A stretch of DNA of 13,203 nt from an uncultured archaeon. Lineage in GTDB: Archaea > Asgardarchaeota > Thorarchaeia > Thorarchaeales > Thorarchaeaceae. The stretch spans positions 1 through 13,203 of the forward strand of contig CAZSWP010000064.1 in NCBI GenBank assembly GCA_964610875.1. The letters are read 5' to 3'. Shown one piece after another: positions 1 to 6,640 of the stretch. Position 1 is the first letter of the stretch. Each line of letters begins with the position of its first letter. The notes below the pieces were generated by a model. The model worked only from the letters and a program-made list of their open reading frames with translations, was not told the origin of the DNA and ran no database searches. The translations under genes and the position numbers were made by a program.

Positions 1-2
1 GA

Positions 3-683
3 ACAATACTATATGATGGACATAGCGTTACGCTACTGGATGATAGAAGATCCATGCTCTACCGACGACAGAAAGTTGGTTTCGTTTGGCAGACTGGAAA
101 CTTAGTCCCAGGCCTTAGTGCTCTAAAGAATGTCATTCTACCCATGAAACTTGCAGGAGCTCCAAAAGACATCTCCCATAAAAGAGCAGCCATGTTGCTT
201 GAAACAATGGGCCTGGAGAAGAGGATGGAGCATCGGCCTAATCAACTGAGTGGTGGTGAGAATCAGCGAGTTGCTATCTGTGTAGCACTAGCAAATAAAC
301 CAGAACTATTGTTAGCTGATGAAGTCACCGGAGAGCTTGACACAGAAACTGCAACAAGAGTCATGGATGCACTGCGAAAGACGAACAATGAGTTTGGTAC
401 GACAATCGTGAATGTGACTCATAATCCTCGTGTTGCCGAGTATGCAGACCGTGTCCTACATATTCGAGATGGTCTCATCGAAGGACAAAAACATACACTA
501 TATGGAGATATAACCGAGATTGATGCGAAGGGTAGAATGGTGATACCTGAAACAATTAGGAGAGTTGCTGGATTACGGAAACGAGTTGTATTGAAAGCAA
601 CATCAGAAGGTCTCTTGGTTACACCACTTCAGACGGATGCTTTTGAAAATAACGATGAACCAAGTATGAAAAATGATGATTGA
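3..683 (+). CDS. ABC transporter ATP-binding protein (LolD/MacB/FtsE-like) with C-terminal AbrB/SpoVT-like domain; 5'-truncated by window edge
   Basis: The frame is open from nt 3 (TILYDGHSVTLLDDRRS-MLY), so ATG 54 is internal and Walker A lies upstream of the window. Motifs present: Q-loop VGFVWQ, signature LSGGENQR, Walker B/D-loop LLLADEVTGELD, H-loop VTH, and the typical ADRVLHIRDG end. An extra tail follows: ITEIDAKGRMVIPETIRRVAGL...GLLVTP. Confidence 0.93.
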   Translation, partial: TILYDGHSVTLLDDRRSMLYRRQKVGFVWQTGNLVPGLSALKNVILPMKLAGAPKDISHKRAAMLLETMGLEKRMEHRPNQLSGGENQRVAICVALANKPELLLADEVTGELDTETATRVMDALRKTNNEFGTTIVNVTHNPRVAEYADRVLHIRDGLIEGQKHTLYGDITEIDAKGRMVIPETIRRVAGLRKRVVLKATSEGLLVTPLQTDAFENNDEPSMKNDD

Positions 684-692
684 GTGAATCTA

Positions 693-708
693 CAAAACCG
701 CTATATAT
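693..708 (+). promoter_or_regulatory. Putative BRE + TATA box for the 77-aa gene
   Basis: CAAAACCG-CTATATAT, with the TATA-like box about 30 nt before ATG 739. This spacing fits a leaderless or short-leader archaeal transcript. Confidence 0.5.
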
Positions 709-738
709 CCCATGAAAGTGTCTTAAAGATGTTGAATA

Positions 739-972
739 ATGAGCTCAATAGGACTGCCTTGGTCATACTATGCAACGATAGTAACATTTGGTATATTCTT
801 TGCCAGTCTTAATATCTATGTTCTCACTCTCCTGATTAACCATCCAGTTGCAAGTCCACTCTGGCTGATTGGAGTGGGAGTAGGCTTGATTGGTCTGGTA
901 TATTCACTTAGAATGGTTAGAGCTCATCAAGAGGAATTGATTGTTAAGAAGCAGGAAAGTGATGAATCCTAG
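739..972 (+). CDS. Small 2-TM membrane protein, function unknown
   Basis: ATG start and two hydrophobic segments (YYATIVTFGIFFASLNIYVLTLLI; LWLIGVGVGLIGLVYSL), followed by a charged C-tail. It fills the gap between neighbours and has its own TATA-like box. Confidence 0.8.
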   Translation: MSSIGLPWSYYATIVTFGIFFASLNIYVLTLLINHPVASPLWLIGVGVGLIGLVYSLRMVRAHQEELIVKKQESDES

Positions 973-984
973 TTCAGCTTCACT

Positions 985-1476
985 TCATTCAGTCTTTGAG
1001 AAAGTATAAGCTGCTAATCTATGGACAATAAGACCGTCTATAAACCCATACACGATAGACCCAATTATGAGAGCAAATGCATAAACTACGACTCCTTGCG
1101 AATACAGCCAATTCAGAGAGAATGACATTGGAAGGTGTATCGAGGTTAGAAGTAGTGTTAGAATGAGTCCATGTCCAATCACATGAGATGTGTATACTGT
1201 CTTATATTTCATCCACAACTTTTCTGAAATGATTTTACTGAGAAATCCAATAGATGCAACAACAAGTCCCAACACCCATAATATGATTAAAACAGATAAT
1301 GCTGCTTCTATTACTGAAAAAATTATCAGGTCAAGTGCATTTGCGATTGTATGTGGGAGGGACCAACCAAAGATCGGGATTAGGATAAAAACAATAGAGA
1401 ATGGAAGTCCCTGTGCCAATATTCTAACTGAATGATTCAATCTATCAATCATATCCTTTTCAGGTGCGGACCTCAA
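985..1476 (-). CDS. Hypothetical 4-TM membrane protein
   Basis: About four hydrophobic helices. The TTG start is preceded by SD-like GAGGTG on the minus strand (aaaGAGGTGtataaTTG). It converges on the 77-aa gene with a 12-nt gap. Confidence 0.75.
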   Translation of the reverse strand: MRSAPEKDMIDRLNHSVRILAQGLPFSIVFILIPIFGWSLPHTIANALDLIIFSVIEAALSVLIILWVLGLVVASIGFLSKIISEKLWMKYKTVYTSHVIGHGLILTLLLTSIHLPMSFSLNWLYSQGVVVYAFALIIGSIVYGFIDGLIVHRLAAYTFSKTE

Positions 1477-1572
1477 TTATACACCTCTTTAGCACTCGCT
1501 AGTAGATTACTAAGAACACTGATTTTATCACAAATAGGTTATCCATTCCTAATAAATGACGGCTTTTAGAAG

Positions 1573-1599
1573 AAAAACAGGGGAGGTGTTAAGCCTCCC
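1573..1599 (-). terminator. Hairpin + U-tract terminator of asnS
   Basis: On the minus strand, GGGAGG-cttaaca-CCTCCC is followed by ctgTTTTT, starting 8 nt after the asnS stop codon. Confidence 0.65.
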
Positions 1600-1607
1600 A
1601 TAATATT

Positions 1608-2924
1608 CTATGGATATATCCTACTTACCGTTCGAGGAAATGGTACACAATCACGTATGTGCTCCAGTTCAAGCATCCACATAATCAGACGGTCCATTCC
1701 GACTCCAAAACCTGAATGTTGAACGCTACCGTATCTTCGAATATCGATGTACCACTTGTATTTCTCTGGGTCATCACCTATTCTCAGCAGGTTATGAATG
1801 ATCTTCTGTGCGTCGGTTTCACGTTCGCTTGCACCAATGATTTCAGCATAACCATGCGGAGCAAGAAGGTCATTACATTTGTAAGTACGAGGATCGTCTT
1901 CATTATCTTTCATATAGAAACTCTTTGTTTCCTTAGGATAATACTCCACAATTAGGAAGGTGTCCCTGTCCTTTGTGAGTATCTCCTCTGCTTCAGTACG
2001 CAGGTCATCAGCCCATTCAATTTCGAGACCTGCTTCTTGACACAGTTTGATAGCTTCTTCGTAGGTGATTCTATCAAATGGGGGCTTTATCTTGAGTAGT
2101 CGTTCGGGGTTAATACCAAGTTCTTCTAATTCAATCAATCTGTTTTTTGCCACAGAATGACACATGTGAGAAATGAGTTCTTCCTGTCTAACAATGTTAC
2201 ACTCATGGTCACACCAGGCTTCCTCTACTTCAAGATGCCAATATTCGGTCAAGTGTTTCCTTGTTCGAGACTTCTCACCCCTGAATGAAGGGGCTAAAAT
2301 GAATACCTTTTCCATAGCAAATAACTGAGGTTCCAGATGCATCTGGCTCGTCTGGGTCAAGTACACTTTGCGGTCAAAGTAATCAACCTCAAACAGATCA
2401 GCTCCTTCCTCACCCATGGTAGATACGAACATAGGTGATGTAGTTTCATAGAATCCACTTTGCCGAAGATATTCTCTTGCTGACCTGAAAACCTCATCAC
2501 GAATCTTGAGCACATTACTAAGAGAGCGAGATCTCATCCACAGGTGGCGATTATCATTTAGAAACTCTGTGCTCTGGTTTTCAGTTATTGGAAATTCTTC
2601 AGCGAAATGAAGTACTTCCAGTTTCTCTACTTGTACTTCATATCCACCCTCAGCTCGGATGTCAGCCTTGACTGTACCTTGAACAGTCACGAGGGATTCT
2701 ATCAACATGGTTGTAGCGTCATCATATTCCTCTTGACTTACAACGCCTTTCTTAATCACTGTTTGAACAACACCTGATGGGTCACGCAAGAGAGCAAATA
2801 CCATTTTTTTCTGCTTTCGGATTCGATGAACCCATCCACGAAGCTTGACGGTTTCACCCTCATGTTTTCCATTGAGGATATCACGTATATGTATGAATGT
2901 CAAATATTCCACCTTTTCTCGCAA
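1608..2924 (-). CDS. asnS: Asparagine--tRNA ligase (class IIb)
   Basis: N-terminal OB anticodon-binding fold (VKLRGWVHRIR...FALLRDPSGVVQ) and YLTQTSQMHLE. Motif 2 is APSFRGEKSRTRKHLTEYW, then DLLAPHGYAEIIGASERE; motif 3 is WYIDIRRYGSVQHSGFGVGMDR, and the protein ends in PFPR. These match AsnRS rather than AspRS. The start must be non-ATG (TTG 2924 or GTG 2912) because the first ATG is inside the OB fold. Confidence 0.93.
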   Translation of the reverse strand: MREKVEYLTFIHIRDILNGKHEGETVKLRGWVHRIRKQKKMVFALLRDPSGVVQTVIKKGVVSQEEYDDATTMLIESLVTVQGTVKADIRAEGGYEVQVEKLEVLHFAEEFPITENQSTEFLNDNRHLWMRSRSLSNVLKIRDEVFRSAREYLRQSGFYETTSPMFVSTMGEEGADLFEVDYFDRKVYLTQTSQMHLEPQLFAMEKVFILAPSFRGEKSRTRKHLTEYWHLEVEEAWCDHECNIVRQEELISHMCHSVAKNRLIELEELGINPERLLKIKPPFDRITYEEAIKLCQEAGLEIEWADDLRTEAEEILTKDRDTFLIVEYYPKETKSFYMKDNEDDPRTYKCNDLLAPHGYAEIIGASERETDAQKIIHNLLRIGDDPEKYKWYIDIRRYGSVQHSGFGVGMDRLIMWMLELEHIRDCVPFPRTVSRIYP

Positions 2925-2948
2925 ATTCAGTTAACCAAGTAACTGAAT
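2925..2948. promoter_or_regulatory. Perfect 9-bp inverted repeat abutting the asnS start
   Basis: ATTCAGTTA-accaag-TAACTGAAT lies immediately 5' of the TTG on the minus strand. Confidence 0.5.
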
Positions 2949-2973
2949 AAAGAAACTCCAAGATGTAAGAGAT

Positions 2974-3000
2974 AAAAGGATGACGGCCTCTTGAGGCCGT
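2974..3000 (-). terminator. GC-rich hairpin downstream of the surface-protein gene
   Basis: ACGGCCTC-tt-GAGGCCGT (2983-3000) is a perfect inverted repeat starting 11 nt after the stop. On the minus strand it is followed by catccTTTT. Confidence 0.55.
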
Positions 3001-3011
3001 TCTCCTCCAAT

Positions 3012-4898
3012 TCAGCGATACCTTATGTACCAGACAATTATTGCCACAACAAGAACAGCAGATACACCAGCAATCGCTAGCAACATCACTGTTGTCAATA
3101 ATGGTGCCGTAACAATCACTTCAACGCTTGAAGTTGCACTGTTTCCACCAATGTCATAAACAGTCAAAGTAACATAGTGTACTCCTTCTGAAAGGCCTGA
3201 AAAATCGAAAGATATGACTTCAGTTGTCCAGTCATCTGATTCAATCAAAAATCCGTCTACGGTAATTGTGTAGTTATCCTTGAAATCGTCCACTGCAGTC
3301 CAGTTTCGAACAACCCCAGTTTCCCCTCTCGCATAGACAACGGTTTCAGGAGTATAAGTTATTGTAGGAGCAACTATGTCACCAACTACAGTAACTGTAA
3401 CTTCATCAGATACTGTGTTTCCACTAGTGTCATTGACGAATAGCGTATACACATGCTCACCAGGATTCAAGCCGTCAATAGAAATCTCCACATATAGTCT
3501 AGTTGGATCAAGAGTGCCATTGAGAATTTCTTCTTCATCCAACTTTAAGGTGTACATACTGGGATTGTCTTCCGATATATTCCAACGAAGAGTGTTTCCA
3601 GTTTCTGAAAGGATGTATTCCACATCAGATGGACCAAACACTACTGGTAGTACATCTTCATAGATACGCAGATCGACAACGTTTTCTGCAACGTTACCAT
3701 TTTGGTCTTCAGCATCGAGTTTTATCTCATAGGAGCCAAGGGCAGTTCCTGTAGCATTAAATGTGTAAGACGTTTGATTTGTCCAATCAATCGTTGTGTT
3801 TATGCTACCATCAACATATACTCTCAAGAGATTAGGATATGCATCAGAGATATTCCAAGTTATCGTCATATTTGTTTCATCTTCAAGATACTCAACTGAG
3901 GAAGGACTAGAAATAATTGGTGAACGAATATCCGCACTCGGAGCGGTTAGGTTCAAAGAACCCGCTCCAATTTGCTCATTTAGATATGAAACAGTCCAGT
4001 TGATATATTCGACTGGCAAATCAACAAACCTTACAGTTCCATTCGATGATGTTATTTTTGATTTGTATTCCGTACCATTGTAGAATGTTACATTTACCAA
4101 TGCACTACTTAAAGGTGCCAATGATGTTTCATAATATGTGAATACCTCTAAGTCGTAGAAATCAGAGCTTCCGGTTATAGGGCCAATATTACTCTTGACC
4201 AGTAGTGTTGTTCCATCAGAGGTCCAATTTCCTGAAGCAATTGTAACATTTTCGTAGGTTCCAGATAGAGGAGAAATATACCACGTATAGTTCTCTTCTG
4301 GCACATCGTAGAAACTTACTTTGCCATCAGCAGGTATTACTACTTGGTCATAAATTGTTGTAGTATTGAAGATTGCCAAAGTGAAATTCAATCCTTCAGC
4401 TGGGTTGCCATCAATATCTATGACAGTTGCATTGAAATCATCATCATCGTTATCCCAATCTAGATTTCCTGTTTTCGTTGTGACAAATACCTCAGGACCG
4501 TCAGAGGTGTGATACCCTGTTGCAACTTCATCAGGTGCTAATGGCCAAGTAATGTTCCATTTGTATATACCTTGAGGCACATCATAAAAGACAGCTATAC
4601 CATTTCCAACCGTTAATTTGGAATCATATTTCGTATCATCAGTTTGATTCCAAAGAGTGACATTTGCTTGAGTTATTGGTTGCGTGTAATTATATACTGT
4701 GAATTCAATATCGTCATCATTAAACTCTTGATTCACATTTCTGGTTACGTTTTCAACCACAATGTTCGTTAATGATAAAGCTGAATTATTAACAATTGAA
4801 ACATCAACATTCATGGTACCAGACATTGTAATTGGATATGATCCCATCACCATGAACATGACTATGAGAAATGCAAAGACATTCCGTGTGTTATTCAT
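3012..4898 (-). CDS. Secreted, C-terminally anchored surface glycoprotein with tandem beta-sandwich (CnaB/prealbumin-like and Ig-like) repeats
   Basis: N-terminal signal-like hydrophobic segment. Three ~90-aa repeats of type NVT/NFT...NG/DG.V.F.D[VL]P...Y.W (aa ~45-320) are followed by three ~92-aa repeats of type P.I....V.Y...ET....W...D...DG...G.H/Y...L...D..GN (aa ~323-598). A C-terminal TM helix ends in RYR. The protein is acidic and has more than 20 N-x-S/T sequons. Confidence 0.88.
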   Translation of the reverse strand: MNNTRNVFAFLIVMFMVMGSYPITMSGTMNVDVSIVNNSALSLTNIVVENVTRNVNQEFNDDDIEFTVYNYTQPITQANVTLWNQTDDTKYDSKLTVGNGIAVFYDVPQGIYKWNITWPLAPDEVATGYHTSDGPEVFVTTKTGNLDWDNDDDDFNATVIDIDGNPAEGLNFTLAIFNTTTIYDQVVIPADGKVSFYDVPEENYTWYISPLSGTYENVTIASGNWTSDGTTLLVKSNIGPITGSSDFYDLEVFTYYETSLAPLSSALVNVTFYNGTEYKSKITSSNGTVRFVDLPVEYINWTVSYLNEQIGAGSLNLTAPSADIRSPIISSPSSVEYLEDETNMTITWNISDAYPNLLRVYVDGSINTTIDWTNQTSYTFNATGTALGSYEIKLDAEDQNGNVAENVVDLRIYEDVLPVVFGPSDVEYILSETGNTLRWNISEDNPSMYTLKLDEEEILNGTLDPTRLYVEISIDGLNPGEHVYTLFVNDTSGNTVSDEVTVTVVGDIVAPTITYTPETVVYARGETGVVRNWTAVDDFKDNYTITVDGFLIESDDWTTEVISFDFSGLSEGVHYVTLTVYDIGGNSATSSVEVIVTAPLLTTVMLLAIAGVSAVLVVAIIVWYIRYR

Positions 4899-5108
4899 CC
4901 ATTGTCACTCTCTGTTTATGAAGACGGACTTTTATATTGCCATCTCACTACTTGGCGGCGTCGAACCTTTAGGCAACATAAAAGGCTTTCCCAGCGTCAC
5001 CAAGATACAGACTGTTTATACTATCCGCTTCTAGAGTGATTTGACTCGATTCATTACCCTAATTTAACCTTGGGATTGTTGAATGATTGAATCATATACA
5101 AGTTTATC

Positions 5109-5690
5109 CTATTCTAGTCGCTCGGTCTTCAGTCCCATAGTTGAACCACAATGTGAACACTTAGCTTGGTCAGGTCCAATCCATTCTACATCTTGCGGAG
5201 ATAGTGGCGCTCCACAGTTGTAACACCTATCAGGCAATCTTCTGGTAACAAAGACCTCCTTCTCCACGGTTCTGCTGAATGGCAGTTTGAACTTGAAACC
5301 TGAAGTTTCTTCGGAACGAATGAATGTATTACCCCTAACATTACCTTTCAGGTCGCCATACCCAATTGCATCAAAGATGAATCCCCTCGCCATATCTGGT
5401 TTTATTCCAGCTAGCTTGGCTAAGTCATCTATGAGGATCTCCTCATGAGCTCTTGCCACAGCAACCACTCGATTGTACAGGTTCACTTCTTTTTGTATTC
5501 TACACGCCTGATTAAATCCAATTATCAAAATAACAGCACCAACAACACTCAATACTATTTGCGTAATCTCGAAGTCTTCTTCAAAACCTATTGCTAAAGC
5601 TGTGATGAAAGTTACCAATCCTATTAACCCCACAATTACAAAAAAGCACCATGAGCATTTACATCCAAAACATTCGCCTTTCTGAGTCAT
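5109..5690 (-). CDS. Membrane protein with 2 TM, winged-helix (PCI-like) domain and C-terminal C4 zinc ribbon
   Basis: SD-like AGGTGA before the ATG. TM helices at aa ~16-35 and ~45-60, a WH-like segment EILIDDLAKLAGIKPDMARGFIFDAIGYGDLKGNV, and CYNC-x18-CSHC. Confidence 0.85.
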   Translation of the reverse strand: MTQKGECFGCKCSWCFFVIVGLIGLVTFITALAIGFEEDFEITQIVLSVVGAVILIIGFNQACRIQKEVNLYNRVVAVARAHEEILIDDLAKLAGIKPDMARGFIFDAIGYGDLKGNVRGNTFIRSEETSGFKFKLPFSRTVEKEVFVTRRLPDRCYNCGAPLSPQDVEWIGPDQAKCSHCGSTMGLKTERLE

Positions 5691-5929
5691 TCATTTTCAC
5701 CTGTACAGAATGTCAACATCACAAACCTGTATTTAAAAAACATGCATGTGTTTTTAGCACGATTGAGTACTAGTCTATGACAGAAGTGAAAATGAGTCAT
5801 TATTCATTGAAGTTGAAAGATAATTCCACTGAACAATTAGCTTGGTCAGCAAGCTTATTTTCATATCTAGGTTCTCATAACGCAGTATTTTCAGAGCTTG
5901 GTCCAAAATACACACTTTTGTACATCAGG

Positions 5930-5986
5930 TTTATAAGCCCATTTATATTGGATTTCTCAAACCTTTATAAGGTATATAAAGAGGAG
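5930..5986 (+). promoter_or_regulatory. tbp promoter region with multiple TATA boxes and SD
   Basis: TTTATAAG (5930), TTTATATT (5942), TTTATAAG (5964) and TATATAAA (5973), then GAGGAG (5981-5986) 8 nt before ATG 5995. Confidence 0.6.
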
Positions 5987-5994
5987 ATAATGCG

Positions 5995-6579
5995 ATGCCA
6001 AGACCTCAACCAAAGACAAAGATAGAAAATGTTGTAGCTTCAGTCATTCTAAATCAACGGCTTGACTTAGATGAGATTGCAGCGACTATGCCAAATGTGG
6101 AGTTTGACCCCGAACAATTCCCTGGTCTTGTATATCGGCTTAAGAAGCCAAAGACAGCTACTCTGATTTTCAATTCAGGCAAAATGGTTTGCACTGGTGC
6201 GAAAAGTGAGAAGGAAGCAAAGAGAGCCGTCCATAAGATTGTGAAAAATATCAAAGAAGCTGGCATAGAGATCACTGGTAAACCAATCATTGTTGTACAG
6301 AATATCGTAGCTAGTGCGAGTCTCGGTGCCGAACTTAACTTGGAGCTTGCTGCTATGAAATTAGAGAACACACTCTATGAGCCAGAGCAATTTCCAGGTT
6401 TGATTTACAGAATGCGCGATCCAAAAGTTGTCATTCTACTATTTGGCTCTGGTAAGCTAGTTATCACTGGTGCAAAGTTTGAACCACAAATTGATGAAGC
6501 AGCAGAGAAAGTAATGGACCGTCTTCTAGAACTCGGAGTCATGAGGATTCCCGAGGGTGAAGACTGGGATATTGATTAG
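5995..6579 (+). CDS. tbp: TATA-box-binding protein
   Basis: Two direct repeats: IENVVAS...FDPEQFPGLVYR...TLIFNSGKMVCTGAK and VQNIVAS...YEPEQFPGLIYR...LLFGSGKLVITGAK. It has a short acidic C-tail and no N-terminal extension, as is typical of archaeal TBP. Confidence 0.99.
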   Translation: MPRPQPKTKIENVVASVILNQRLDLDEIAATMPNVEFDPEQFPGLVYRLKKPKTATLIFNSGKMVCTGAKSEKEAKRAVHKIVKNIKEAGIEITGKPIIVVQNIVASASLGAELNLELAAMKLENTLYEPEQFPGLIYRMRDPKVVILLFGSGKLVITGAKFEPQIDEAAEKVMDRLLELGVMRIPEGEDWDID

Positions 6580-6594
6580 TAATAGATGATTACC

Positions 6595-6621
6595 AAGGTG
6601 GGAGGATTCTCCTCCTTCCTT
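6595..6621. terminator. Hairpin between convergent tbp and 354-aa gene (possible bidirectional terminator)
   Basis: AAGG-tg-GGAGGA-ttc-TCCTCC-tt-CCTT lies in the 61-nt convergent gap. Confidence 0.5.
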
Positions 6622-6640
6622 AGCTATTGTCCAAAAATAC

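Noticed and set aside
1190-1955. Plus-strand ORFs 1190-1435 and 1716-1955
   Set aside because: They are antisense shadows inside the 163-aa gene and asnS, with no motifs.
1608-2924. Alternative call as aspartyl-tRNA synthetase
   Set aside because: The motif 2 and 3 context (EKSRTRKHLTEYW, EIIGASERE, RRYGSVQHSGFG) fits AsnRS better than archaeal AspRS.
4951-5010. tRNA-like GGTTCGA...GCCA on the minus strand
   Set aside because: A 5-bp T-stem, acceptor stem, D-arm and anticodon arm cannot be formed, so it is not a tRNA.
3376-5034. Plus-strand ORFs 3376-3663, 3702-3899, 3796-4083 and 4762-5034
   Set aside because: They are antisense to the well-supported surface-protein gene, and their composition mirrors sense-strand codon usage.
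5028-5055. SECIS-like ATGA...AAA...GA on the minus strand downstream of the 193-aa gene
   Set aside because: Helix II would be only about 4 bp, and no neighbouring gene has an in-frame TGA at a Cys-equivalent position.
5161-5849. 13-nt direct repeat TTAGCTTGGTCAG at 5161 and 5837
   Set aside because: About one such match is expected by chance in 13 kb. One copy is in coding sequence and there is no array structure.
5777-6025. 82-aa ORF overlapping the tbp start
   Set aside because: It runs through the TATA/SD region of tbp in another frame and has no recognisable features. An upstream-ORF role cannot be excluded but is unsupported.
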